Virus record (IMG/VR): IMGVR_UViG_2974644955_000001
Coordinates: 1-64,000 of that record
DNA from: a virus
Lineage: Duplodnaviria; Caudoviricetes
Length of the DNA: 64,000 bases
Direction: 5' to 3' (one strand)
A model generated the notes under the pieces. The model did not search any database, was not told where the DNA came from, and saw only the letters and a list, made by a program, of their open reading frames with translations. Positions 16,403 through 25,318 of the stretch are shown here, in pieces. Positions within the stretch are counted from its first letter, which is position 1; every line of letters begins with the position of its first letter. The position numbers were made by a program, and so were the translations under genes.

Positions 16403-17353
16403 ATGTCCGTAATCTTTGCCACAAACAGTGCCATTCACTACAAGAGTATGTCACAAAGCACGTCAACAATCTATAAACGGAGCCAAGTAACACAGGCTTA
16501 TCGGGTGTTTGACAACTCAACTCACGCCATTACCATGTTGCCAGCTAACATTGATAATGAAACCGAACTTTGGTTTCAATTTCAGTGGTATAAATCCGGT
16601 GGAGGTAACTCTACCGATGACGGTTATATGGCCCGAGTTTTCGATTCTAATGGACGAGAGTGTTTTCGTTTGGATGTGAGCAATGGTTATCTGTTTCTAT
16701 CAGTTTATGGTAATGCCACTTACAACACTGCATCTGCATTTCTTGGAGCAGGCATGAACAGCATCAAAATCCGTTATCGTAATGATGGACCTGGACTGAC
16801 TCTTCAAGCAGATTTGTATATGAATGGTATCCTAGCGGGAACAACCGCTGGAACCAACAACACCAGGTTAATGCCTCGAAACTGGAGTTTTGAAATGGTC
16901 GATGCTTCTTCGACCACTGACTACATGAGTGAGTTCATCTGTAGTACCGTTGATCTTGAGACCTATGGTCTCAGCAAATACGACATCATTGCAGCAGGGA
17001 CTGACAATGATTTCACTGGTCTTGTTACAAATGTCTCTGATGATATCGGAACCTCTGGAATGGTCGGTGCAAGTCCAGGAGACAAGCAATCGTTCATTCC
17101 ACCTACTATCAACACAGCAAAACTCATCCACTCCTATGCTCCTAACGCATTGGTTTGGTGTGGTAATACTCAACGAACAGTTCGCTTCTATCTCAAGATT
17201 GGTGGTGTTCAGTACAATGGTCCCAACCATGTTCTGACCATCAACAAACAGAATTTGCTCCAAGAGAATTTCCTATTGGATCCTTCCGACAACCAACCTT
17301 GGACTTCTGCCAAGATCAATGCAGCAGAAGTTGGAATCGAGATCGTTTCATGA
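16403..17353 (+). CDS. Putative tail-tip or lectin-like virion protein
   Basis: Beta-rich, Cys-poor, AT-richer; last large gene of the fibre module. Confidence 0.55.
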   Translation: MSVIFATNSAIHYKSMSQSTSTIYKRSQVTQAYRVFDNSTHAITMLPANIDNETELWFQFQWYKSGGGNSTDDGYMARVFDSNGRECFRLDVSNGYLFLSVYGNATYNTASAFLGAGMNSIKIRYRNDGPGLTLQADLYMNGILAGTTAGTNNTRLMPRNWSFEMVDASSTTDYMSEFICSTVDLETYGLSKYDIIAAGTDNDFTGLVTNVSDDIGTSGMVGASPGDKQSFIPPTINTAKLIHSYAPNALVWCGNTQRTVRFYLKIGGVQYNGPNHVLTINKQNLLQENFLLDPSDNQPWTSAKINAAEVGIEIVS

Positions 17354-17547
17354 ATCACAAAAATCAGACTCTATACCGAGCAATTGATAACCAGACGACT
17401 CCCTTGAGATTTCTACATCTCTCAGGGGAGTCTCTGACCAGGGATAAGAATTACTCCTGGATTGGCACAGAAGATCAATTTGATCGACTCTGTGAGATAT
17501 TTGAATGGGATGCGTTGAGCCTTGTCTCCGCTGAGATATTCAAATAG
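17350..17547 (+). CDS. Hypothetical protein
   Basis: ATGA overlap with the previous gene. Confidence 0.5.
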   Translation: MNHKNQTLYRAIDNQTTPLRFLHLSGESLTRDKNYSWIGTEDQFDRLCEIFEWDALSLVSAEIFK

Positions 17548-17595
17548 ACCTTTCTTTCTTGGTTTTCATGAACCAAAAAACAGAAAGGAAAACTC

Positions 17596-18159
17596 ATGTT
17601 CGCAAAAGCAATCCCTGCTGAAGTGTTCGCTGTCCAGCGAGAATTCATCAGGTCAATGGGAGGTAAGCTCGATTTTCTATGGGCTGCCGAAACCCTCGTC
17701 GTCGAAGAAACGAAGGAACTGCGTGAGGCTTACGAAAAGCCTGAGACAACAGATGCAAATCTGGCTGATATCTTCAAAGAAGGTGCCGATCTCATCTACG
17801 TCGTCTGTCACTTCTACAACACCATGCCAGTCTATGCTGTCGAGGTGCTCAGTGAAGAGCAGAACCAACGTGTGCAGAGCATCATCGACGAGGCTTCTAG
17901 CCTGATGAGCACTGTCTCACATCGCCTCCAGATCCCTCTGCCTCTGTTCATCGCAGCATTCGAGATCGTCCATGCCTCAAACATGAGCAAGCTCGATGAC
18001 GACGGCAAACCTGTACGTCGTGAAGATGGTAAGATCATGAAGGGTCCAAACTATGTGGCTCCGGACATGATGCCCATCGTCGAGCAGTACAAGGAGTTTC
18101 TTGTGCATCACGAAGCTCAGAAGCAAGGAGAGGTGGAAGATGCTGAGATCGTTGAGTGA
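17596..18159 (+). CDS. MazG-like (all-alpha) nucleotide pyrophosphohydrolase
   Basis: VEETKEL...DLIYV...IVHASNMSKLDDDGKPVRREDGKIMKGPNY. Confidence 0.85.
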   Translation: MFAKAIPAEVFAVQREFIRSMGGKLDFLWAAETLVVEETKELREAYEKPETTDANLADIFKEGADLIYVVCHFYNTMPVYAVEVLSEEQNQRVQSIIDEASSLMSTVSHRLQIPLPLFIAAFEIVHASNMSKLDDDGKPVRREDGKIMKGPNYVAPDMMPIVEQYKEFLVHHEAQKQGEVEDAEIVE

Positions 18160-18454
18160 CGCTGATTTCAATCAGGAAGTACGAGAAAGCTCAGAGCCTA
18201 TCGTGATCATGTTCACTGGCTCATGGTGTCAGCCATGCAAACGCTTCAAGCCAACTGTGGTAGAAATGTCACAGAACTTCCCCGACATCCGATTCGCTGA
18301 AATGGATATCGAACAGTCTCAAGACACGGTTGCTCACCTGAACATCCGTACTGTTCCTTCTTTGGCGATGTTTGTGGACGGCATGATTCGTGAAGTCCAC
18401 TCCGGAACCATGAACAAGACAGAGCTTCGTCTCTGGATTCAAGAAAACATCTGA
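18140..18454 (+). CDS. trxA: Thioredoxin
   Basis: WCQPC active site, IRTVPSL cis-Pro loop; 104 aa. Confidence 0.92.
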   Translation: MLRSLSDADFNQEVRESSEPIVIMFTGSWCQPCKRFKPTVVEMSQNFPDIRFAEMDIEQSQDTVAHLNIRTVPSLAMFVDGMIREVHSGTMNKTELRLWIQENI

Positions 18455-18464
18455 AAGGATCAAC

Positions 18465-18887
18465 ATGAAACGTCTTCTCATGGGGGCTGCTGCTATAGCC
18501 TCTGCCTTTGTCCTGGCTGGCTGCCAGACTGATGCTACCAAAGCATCGTACAATCTCAGCCAAGCTGCTGACAACTTCGAGATCGTTCGTCGAGTCGTGT
18601 TCTACAACGGCATCACTGGCGAATATATGCTCGAAGTGACTGGTCTCTGTTCTATCAGTGATCAGGGCAACCAACTGGAACTTACCTGCAAAGAAGGAGA
18701 TGCTGGCTACGTCAAGCACTTCCTGGGTCTCTCGGACAACGTGACCTACTTTGCAGAACAAGTGAGTCCCGAATCGGTCTCTGTGTATCACACACGGATC
18801 ATCTGGAAGCCTCAGAGCATCATTCCAGACATCGACCTTCAATTCAACGGTGAAGAACTGATCGAGAATCAGAACTCCAACGGCTGA
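18465..18887 (+). CDS. Phage beta-sandwich lipoprotein
   Basis: Signal peptide with lipobox LAGC; ASYNLSQAADNFEIVRRVVFYNGIT...KHFLGLSDNVTYF family pattern. Confidence 0.75.
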   Translation: MKRLLMGAAAIASAFVLAGCQTDATKASYNLSQAADNFEIVRRVVFYNGITGEYMLEVTGLCSISDQGNQLELTCKEGDAGYVKHFLGLSDNVTYFAEQVSPESVSVYHTRIIWKPQSIIPDIDLQFNGEELIENQNSNG

Positions 18888-18912
18888 TTGAAAGTCAAAC
18901 CTCGACCAATTG

Positions 18913-18943
18913 AAACCCTCTGCTGAAAGGCAGGGGGTTTTTT
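18913..18943 (+). terminator. Intrinsic terminator
   Basis: AAACCCTCTGCT-GAAA-GGCAGGGGG-TTTTTT. Confidence 0.85.
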
Positions 18944-18960
18944 ATTTCTGGAGAAATAAA

Positions 18961-19146
18961 ATGCCACTGCAACGACAACCGACAGAAGCAGAGATGGGAG
19001 AGATTCTCAGGTTTATGGACATTATGTCCATTTACATCACTGATGATTATCAGGTGGAAATGAAAAACTACAATTCCGCTGAATGCAAATCCATTGTCAA
19101 ACTTTTCAAAGCTCTCACTGGCAGAGATTTGGATATCATTTCGTAG
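18961..19146 (+). CDS. Hypothetical protein
   Basis: GGAG RBS before ATG 18961. Confidence 0.55.
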   Translation: MPLQRQPTEAEMGEILRFMDIMSIYITDDYQVEMKNYNSAECKSIVKLFKALTGRDLDIIS

Positions 19147-19158
19147 GAGAACGAAACA

Positions 19159-21795
19159 ATGCAAGTAATGGACACACGGGAATTCGAACAGGATCATGTC
19201 CTGGTCGGACAGAAAGGTGAAGTTGGTAAGGCTACCGTAACCAATGATCCGATTCTCATGTCAATGCTTTCCACGGGACTGTACGCAAACCCGTTGAAAT
19301 CCATGGTGCAAGAAGTCACCTTCAATGCCTGGGACGCTCACCGCATGGGCAAGTGCCTGGACAAACCCATTGATATCTACTTCAACGATACAACGGGACT
19401 CATCATCCGTGACTACGGTCCTGGGATTCCTCCCGGAAAGACTTTCACTGATGTCTATTTCACCTATGGTGGATCGACGAAACGTGACGATGATGACGCC
19501 ACTGGTGGCTTTGGTTTGGGATCCAAATCTCCCTTCGCCTATACGGACACGTTCAATGTGACCAGTCACCATGATGGTGCCAAATATATGTACATCATGC
19601 ACCGTGTTCACGAAGAGAATGATGGTGGCCCTGGCCATACTCCCATCATCCAAGGTGCTCCAACCCCAGAAAAAGGTCTGATGGTTTCTGTTCCTTTCAA
19701 GAACAGCCGTGACAAGATCCGGGCATATCAGTACCTTAAAGACATCCTCTATATGTCTGGAATCAAAGCAACAATTCACTTTGATGGTGATGATGACGAC
19801 GAAAACATTCCCCCAGTGGAACTCGTCACATCTGCTTCGCTGAAACCAACGGAATTCATCACTGATGAAGACAATTGTCATGGCACACTCTATGCCGTGT
19901 ACGGTGGTGTCAGCTATGAGATCCCTCATCGTGATGAGTATGCCAGCGATTACGACTTTCTTCGGAAGATCGCCAATCAGTTGGGGAATATCTATGTTGG
20001 TTTCGCACCAAACACCCTGACGCCTCTCCCGACTCGTGAAGGTCTGAACATGAGTGAACGCTCCCTGGAGTCGATCACCTCTGCTCTGGAGACAATCCAA
20101 GAGCACTTCATGAACCTGATCATTCCAGCGACCAAAACTATCATGCTGGAGACCCTGAAGGAAACCAAAGAACTTGGGATCCAGCCTCACTTCGTCCGTC
20201 GTAAGTGGGCAGGTGTTGGTCTTGATCGGAATCTCTCCGATATGGTCGATGGTCAGGCTCCAATTGACGCAGCGATTGAGCGTCGTTCGGACAGTCAGAA
20301 TGAAGCAAGCTGGAACAGCATCATGCGTCTGGCTTTCAAGAACACCCGGATGATCACAACTCTCATGAGTCGTAACAAACGGGACACACTGGTGTCTCTG
20401 GTTTGGGCAAAGGTCTATCCTGAGTTCCTTCACTGGCGTCGTTCCTTTGGACCCGTCAATAAGAACGCTCCAGAGGAACTCCTGGTCGCCACACGAGACG
20501 TACACCGTCAGTGGGGTGAAGACTTCATGAAGCTCTGGAACGATCTCTGTGATGTCTCTGAGCAGGAACTGGAACCAAGAGCAAACAGAGGTCATTACAA
20601 TTCCAAGTGGGAACCTCTGACCAATATCCGTGCTGCTGGTGGTTACAATCACATCACACACAGCCGGAAGCTCAACATCATCAAGCGTCTGGACAAAGAG
20701 AACAAGCTGAAGGTTCCTACCAAACCATCACTTGATACCTTCTGGTTCAAACAGAATGGTGGTCGTTTTGACGGTCCAATGTTGCAGAAAACTGTTGTTG
20801 TCGCCAAGACTCTGACAGCCCTGAACAAGACCGATTTCCGGATGCTGATTCAGGATGCAATGGTCCCTGGCCATTCTCGTGAAGCCTTCAACTCCTATCA
20901 TTCCCTGAACTGGGAATCGTGGGTTGGACAAGGTTCCACGTATCCTGTGGCTGCCTTCGTCATTCACAAGAAAAAGGGTCAGTATGACGCTGCTGTGGAA
21001 TGGCTTCAGGACAATGGCTACAATGTCATCGAAGCAGATGAACCAGAGGAAAGAGCAAAGCCTGCTCCAAAGGTTCAGCAAGATGGTGCAACGGTTGTCG
21101 TTGAAGAGAAACCAAAACCAAAGGGTTATCCCAAGGTTGCGATGCACGAGTACCAGACCTGGGCCAGTGAAAATGAGTTCGTACAAAAACCCTCAACGTA
21201 TCTGTATGTCACCCAAACTCAGATCGCTTCCTATGGAGACTATCCCAACAAAGATCTGGTTCGAATGATCCAGGGATATGCTCCAAACATGGTCTTGGTT
21301 GGCAACAAACGTCAAGCTACCAAGCTCGACAAGGCAGGTGCATTGTCACTGTGGGAACGTCTGGACAAGATCGTAGAAGACATCTTGGCTGACAAAGAGC
21401 GTCTGAAACTGATGTATTTTCATCACTATCTCCACAACTATTCGGAATTCCCGGATGAACTGTTGGAGTTGCCTCAGATGCACAAGCTGATGGGTGTCCC
21501 CTACATCCGAACCAAAGATACCAAGAAGTTCTTCCGGGATCTGAAGTTCATTCAGTTTGTAGGCAAAAATGATCGTTATCGTGACGGTCGTGATGTCCCA
21601 CAAGATCTTCGTAAGAAATGTCAGGACGCTTTGGAAGCTGCTAAACAGGAGGACTCTCTTGTTTTGGCTCGCAAGATGAACAAAGCATCTCGTATGTTCG
21701 ACAAAACTGCCATGGGTCGTATTCTTTCGGATATGAAACGTGGTGAGAAAAAAGTCTTCATCGAGAAACTGGCTCGATTCTTGCGGACTGTTTGA
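19159..21795 (+). CDS. rIIA: RIIA-like protein (GHKL ATPase N-terminus)
   Basis: LYANPLKSMVQEVTFNAWDAH, RDYGPGI, GGSTK, GGFGLGSKSPFAYTD. Confidence 0.9.
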   Translation: MQVMDTREFEQDHVLVGQKGEVGKATVTNDPILMSMLSTGLYANPLKSMVQEVTFNAWDAHRMGKCLDKPIDIYFNDTTGLIIRDYGPGIPPGKTFTDVYFTYGGSTKRDDDDATGGFGLGSKSPFAYTDTFNVTSHHDGAKYMYIMHRVHEENDGGPGHTPIIQGAPTPEKGLMVSVPFKNSRDKIRAYQYLKDILYMSGIKATIHFDGDDDDENIPPVELVTSASLKPTEFITDEDNCHGTLYAVYGGVSYEIPHRDEYASDYDFLRKIANQLGNIYVGFAPNTLTPLPTREGLNMSERSLESITSALETIQEHFMNLIIPATKTIMLETLKETKELGIQPHFVRRKWAGVGLDRNLSDMVDGQAPIDAAIERRSDSQNEASWNSIMRLAFKNTRMITTLMSRNKRDTLVSLVWAKVYPEFLHWRRSFGPVNKNAPEELLVATRDVHRQWGEDFMKLWNDLCDVSEQELEPRANRGHYNSKWEPLTNIRAAGGYNHITHSRKLNIIKRLDKENKLKVPTKPSLDTFWFKQNGGRFDGPMLQKTVVVAKTLTALNKTDFRMLIQDAMVPGHSREAFNSYHSLNWESWVGQGSTYPVAAFVIHKKKGQYDAAVEWLQDNGYNVIEADEPEERAKPAPKVQQDGATVVVEEKPKPKGYPKVAMHEYQTWASENEFVQKPSTYLYVTQTQIASYGDYPNKDLVRMIQGYAPNMVLVGNKRQATKLDKAGALSLWERLDKIVEDILADKERLKLMYFHHYLHNYSEFPDELLELPQMHKLMGVPYIRTKDTKKFFRDLKFIQFVGKNDRYRDGRDVPQDLRKKCQDALEAAKQEDSLVLARKMNKASRMFDKTAMGRILSDMKRGEKKVFIEKLARFLRTV

Positions 21796-21815
21796 TCAAG
21801 CGAAAGGAAAGAAGC

Positions 21816-23261
21816 ATGTCTTCAAACACGAAGAATATCGTGTCAATGTTGACTTCTGCTAACAAGACCACCCTCTACACAGAAACGGGTGAAGTCTTGG
21901 AGTTGAAGAACGACGGACCACACGATTTAACAAGACTCAGCAGGAAACTACTGGGTTCTCTGAAAGGCACGAACTCCGTGCCTATCGACCTGAATGATTA
22001 CCTCATGCTCAAATCTGCGATTGTCCCAGAGGGATACAAGCAGGAAGGTATTGTGGTGACTCAGATGGTCAATGGACAGGAGATCCAAGGAATCTTCTAT
22101 CCCTCGAAAGTACAGGTTGCTGTGCAACATGAGGGACGTGAAGTGGTCATCCCAGATGTGGAGAAGCTGCAAAAGCACGCAATTCGTGCCAATGCTGACA
22201 ATTCACCAGCAGTACGCAACTTCTTGCGTCGGATGGCAACCGTGGTCGAATCTCGACTTCACTCTGCTGAAGATCTGATGAACTTCATCGAACGGTCTGA
22301 GCTTCCGCTCACCAACGATGGTCTGATCATTGGATACAAGAAGGTGAAACAGGGAAAAGAACCCGGTACGTTCGTTGATTGCCACACAGGCAACATCGTT
22401 CAATCTGTTGGCTCACGAGTCTGGATGACCGTAGAAGACGTTGACCCGTCTCGCTACCGTTCATGCTCTAACGGCCTTCATGTGGCCAACCTGGGCTATC
22501 TCAATGGCTTTGGTGGAACTCACACGCTGATCGTCCTCGTGGACCCTGCAAACTTCATTGCCGTGCCTGTAGGGGAGAACGACAAATGTCGTGTCTGCTC
22601 CTATGACATCATCGGTGTGATGACTGCACGGGGTCATGAAATGGTCAGCAGCGGCAGCTTTGTCAAACGGGATCAGACGTTCAAATCTCTGATTCAAGAT
22701 GCAGTTGCTGGACGGCATATTCAGCCTACTGAGGCTGTAGAGGTCAAGAATCAGCGGGTAGCCTCACGGGTGCCAATCGAAGCTGGTTCAGCAATCTCTG
22801 TAACTGCTCTGCCGTTGGAGGAAGTCAATGCTGAAACCAAGGAGTCTTCTGGCAAGTCCCTCAATACGGACAAACCATTGCCGAAGAAGCCAAAACAGAA
22901 GGACATCTTGAAGATGGCAAAAACCAAGACCGCTAACTCCCGGAACATCTGGGATCAGGCTCCGACTGAAGTGATCGCAGTATTCGAGGATCTCCGTCAG
23001 GAGAAAGGCTCGAAGACAGCAATCGCTGCTCTGCATGGCACATCGACTCGTTCGATTGGTCGTTGGCAGGACAAGTACGACTTCGACGGCTATGTGAAGT
23101 TCAAGGCAGGCAATTTGACTGTCGCTGAACAAGCACGGCTGTACTTCAACCAGGGTGCATTCGATGCTCTGGCAGCCTTCAAGAAGGCGAAGAAGAAGAG
23201 CTTCAACGCACTGGGCTTTACCGCTCGTGAAGAGAAGCAGATCTTGGCTGCAATCAGTTAA
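21816..23261 (+). CDS. rIIB: RIIB-like protein
   Basis: LPLTNDGLIIGYKKV, DCHTG, CSNGLHV, LVDPANFIAVP, KCRVCSY; follows rIIA. Confidence 0.88.
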   Translation: MSSNTKNIVSMLTSANKTTLYTETGEVLELKNDGPHDLTRLSRKLLGSLKGTNSVPIDLNDYLMLKSAIVPEGYKQEGIVVTQMVNGQEIQGIFYPSKVQVAVQHEGREVVIPDVEKLQKHAIRANADNSPAVRNFLRRMATVVESRLHSAEDLMNFIERSELPLTNDGLIIGYKKVKQGKEPGTFVDCHTGNIVQSVGSRVWMTVEDVDPSRYRSCSNGLHVANLGYLNGFGGTHTLIVLVDPANFIAVPVGENDKCRVCSYDIIGVMTARGHEMVSSGSFVKRDQTFKSLIQDAVAGRHIQPTEAVEVKNQRVASRVPIEAGSAISVTALPLEEVNAETKESSGKSLNTDKPLPKKPKQKDILKMAKTKTANSRNIWDQAPTEVIAVFEDLRQEKGSKTAIAALHGTSTRSIGRWQDKYDFDGYVKFKAGNLTVAEQARLYFNQGAFDALAAFKKAKKKSFNALGFTAREEKQILAAIS

Positions 23262-23274
23262 GTTCTGAAGTTAT

Positions 23275-23341
23275 ATCCCACTACTGCTATTTTTGGCCTT
23301 AAATCCCGAGTCTGGGAGCCTAAAAAAGCAAGTAGTGGGAT
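23275..23341. other. Long imperfect inverted repeat (67 nt)
   Basis: ATCCCACTACT/AGTAGTGGGAT outer 11-bp stem plus further paired segments. Confidence 0.7.
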
Positions 23342-23417
23342 TTTTACTCCCTGTTCTTGGTTTGTTCTTCATGACGCGAACCGCGCCGGGAAATTGAAAT
23401 CGAAGGAGTTTTTCCAA

Positions 23418-23717
23418 ATGTGTCGTCGCTCAGAAATTCATGAAAAAGTGTATGGCAATGTTGTCATAGATGAGATGACTGGCTGTCATATTTGGCAAGG
23501 CTCAGATTCCGGTAACGGAAGGGGTGGGGGCTACCCCAGGATGTGTCTAAGTGGACAGACAGTGGCTGTGCATCGTGTTATGTACACTCACGTCCATGGA
23601 TACATCCCTGGCAAGAAACAGATTGACCACAAATGCAGGAATCGTATGTGTGTCAATCCTGATCATTTAGAAATGGTTACTCACAAAGAGAACCAAAGGA
23701 GAAGAGACAATGCGTAA
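23418..23717 (+). CDS. HNH endonuclease (homing type)
   Basis: GCHIWQG, GYPRM, VHRVMY, IDHKCRNRMCVNPDHLEMVTHKEN. Confidence 0.88.
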   Translation: MCRRSEIHEKVYGNVVIDEMTGCHIWQGSDSGNGRGGGYPRMCLSGQTVAVHRVMYTHVHGYIPGKKQIDHKCRNRMCVNPDHLEMVTHKENQRRRDNA

Positions 23718-24276
23718 ACTGTTAATGATACTTGCACTGCCCTTGGTATTGGCGGCATGTGCTTCACCCCAACCCATCTGTGACCGAGAGGCACAGGAAT
23801 GGAACAAATTTGATACCCAGGAGGATCAATGTGATGGAACAAGCAATTATGGCAACTGGAGTGGTTTTGGTTGGCCTGGTGATTCTCGGCCTGACAATGC
23901 AGGTGATCAATCTGGTCCGGATTCAGACAACCCTTCGACGGGTGGAGACACTGGAGGCCCGGATACTGGCTCGCCTTCTGATGGCGGAAACCCAGGTGGC
24001 GACGGAGACTCTGACGGAGATTCCGGGAATGACTCCGGTGACACTGGAGGATCTGGTTCGAATGACTCAGGAGGAGATGGATCCGGATCTGATAACTCCG
24101 GCGACGGACGAGGAAATTCTGGAGGTTCTAAAGGGAACAATGGTCACGGAAACGGAGACCAATCATCCCCAGGGAATTCTGGAGGCAACAATAATGCCGA
24201 AAACTCAGCGAACTCCGGACGAGGAAACTCGGGTAAAGGCAAAGGCGGACACAAAGGTGAAGCCAACAACAACTAA
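23710..24276 (+). CDS. Lipoprotein with long Gly/Asp/Ser/Asn low-complexity tail
   Basis: Lipobox LAAC after a hydrophobic signal; C...C pair; disordered G/D/S/N-rich C-terminal ~135 aa. Confidence 0.72.
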   Translation: MRKLLMILALPLVLAACASPQPICDREAQEWNKFDTQEDQCDGTSNYGNWSGFGWPGDSRPDNAGDQSGPDSDNPSTGGDTGGPDTGSPSDGGNPGGDGDSDGDSGNDSGDTGGSGSNDSGGDGSGSDNSGDGRGNSGGSKGNNGHGNGDQSSPGNSGGNNNAENSANSGRGNSGKGKGGHKGEANNN

Positions 24277-24288
24277 GGTGTATCCGAA

Positions 24289-24678
24289 ATGATCTTTGTC
24301 TTTGGTTCAAACAAAGCAGGCATCCATGGTGCAGGAGCGGCTCTCTATGCCAAGAAGCACCGTGGAGCCAAGCAAGGAATCGGAGAGGGCATAGTTGGAA
24401 ACAGCTATGCCCTTCCCACTAAAGGATTCAAGGTCGAGGAAATCCCTCTCCTTGAAATCAAAAACAGCGTCAATCGCTTCATCGAAGTGGCTGAGTATTG
24501 GGCTTTGCGTGGTGCAGAGTTCCAGGTTACACGAGTTGGCTGTGGTCTAGGAGGTAAACTGGATTCGGACATCGCTCCGATGTTCAAGGCTGCCCCTGAC
24601 AACTGTCTGTTTGATGAGTATTGGAAGCCCTGGCTCGACACATATGATGTGAAGCGGAGGTACTGGGGTACATTCTGA
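24289..24678 (+). CDS. Macrodomain-like protein (DarG/TARG1-type loop)
   Basis: IFVFGSNKAGIHGAGAA, YALPTK and FQVTRVGCGLGG correspond to macro-fold ADP-ribose-binding loops. Confidence 0.65.
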   Translation: MIFVFGSNKAGIHGAGAALYAKKHRGAKQGIGEGIVGNSYALPTKGFKVEEIPLLEIKNSVNRFIEVAEYWALRGAEFQVTRVGCGLGGKLDSDIAPMFKAAPDNCLFDEYWKPWLDTYDVKRRYWGTF

Positions 24679-24971
24679 TGGCCAATTTCTCTCGCAAATT
24701 TGAGTCCATCAGCGGCTCGTACAGCGGGGGCTATACATCGAAGTCACTCAGTCCATTACACCCGGACATTGACACCCAAAACAACAGAGGCGTGATCCAG
24801 ATACACATTGTGTCTGGGTCCGTCACACTCGAAGCTCGCCTTGCTCCTGATGCTCCATGGCTTCCGCTAAAGACATGGACTGTATCTGCAATGGAAGAGG
24901 TCGTACTCGCCAACCAACTACGAGTTGTGGTAACAGACGAAGCACACTGTTGGCTTGGAGAAGTACGATGA
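24678..24971 (+). CDS. Hypothetical beta-rich protein
   Basis: 97-aa ORF coupled to its neighbours. Confidence 0.6.
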   Translation: MANFSRKFESISGSYSGGYTSKSLSPLHPDIDTQNNRGVIQIHIVSGSVTLEARLAPDAPWLPLKTWTVSAMEEVVLANQLRVVVTDEAHCWLGEVR

Positions 24972-25111
24972 TCAGTGGCATGTTCAAACCCATGCTGTCT
25001 GGAATGTTTCCAGGTTCATCCAAGTATGCAGGTGTTGAGTTCACTCCTGAACTTATTAAACTGCTCGTCTTAGGACGGCTCAAACGTGCTTATGAAAGGA
25101 CAAAGATATGA
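24968..25111 (+). CDS. Hypothetical peptide (47 aa)
   Basis: GGAG RBS; ATGA coupling. Confidence 0.45.
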   Translation: MISGMFKPMLSGMFPGSSKYAGVEFTPELIKLLVLGRLKRAYERTKI

Positions 25112-25269
25112 TCTGGAGAATCTTCCTTGATGGTCTTGTTCGCACACGTCTTCTGAACCAAGCCACTCTTCGTGTATTGTTGGACATCCAAACCAACAAT
25201 CTGAGTGCAGCAGACAATGCGATCATTGATTCTTATCTCGATGAGACCATGCCACCAGCTACACCTTAA
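25108..25269 (+). CDS. Hypothetical peptide (53 aa)
   Basis: AAGGA RBS; ATGA coupling. Confidence 0.45.
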   Translation: MIWRIFLDGLVRTRLLNQATLRVLLDIQTNNLSAADNAIIDSYLDETMPPATP

Positions 25270-25318
25270 TAATAAAGTGTCCTCGGTCCTCGGATCGGGG
25301 ACACACAAGGAGAAAACC

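Noticed and set aside
23732-24292. 186-aa alternative-frame ORF over the low-complexity lipoprotein
   Set aside because: Explained by the stop-poor GGN/GAY-rich sequence; the lipobox frame is the credible one.
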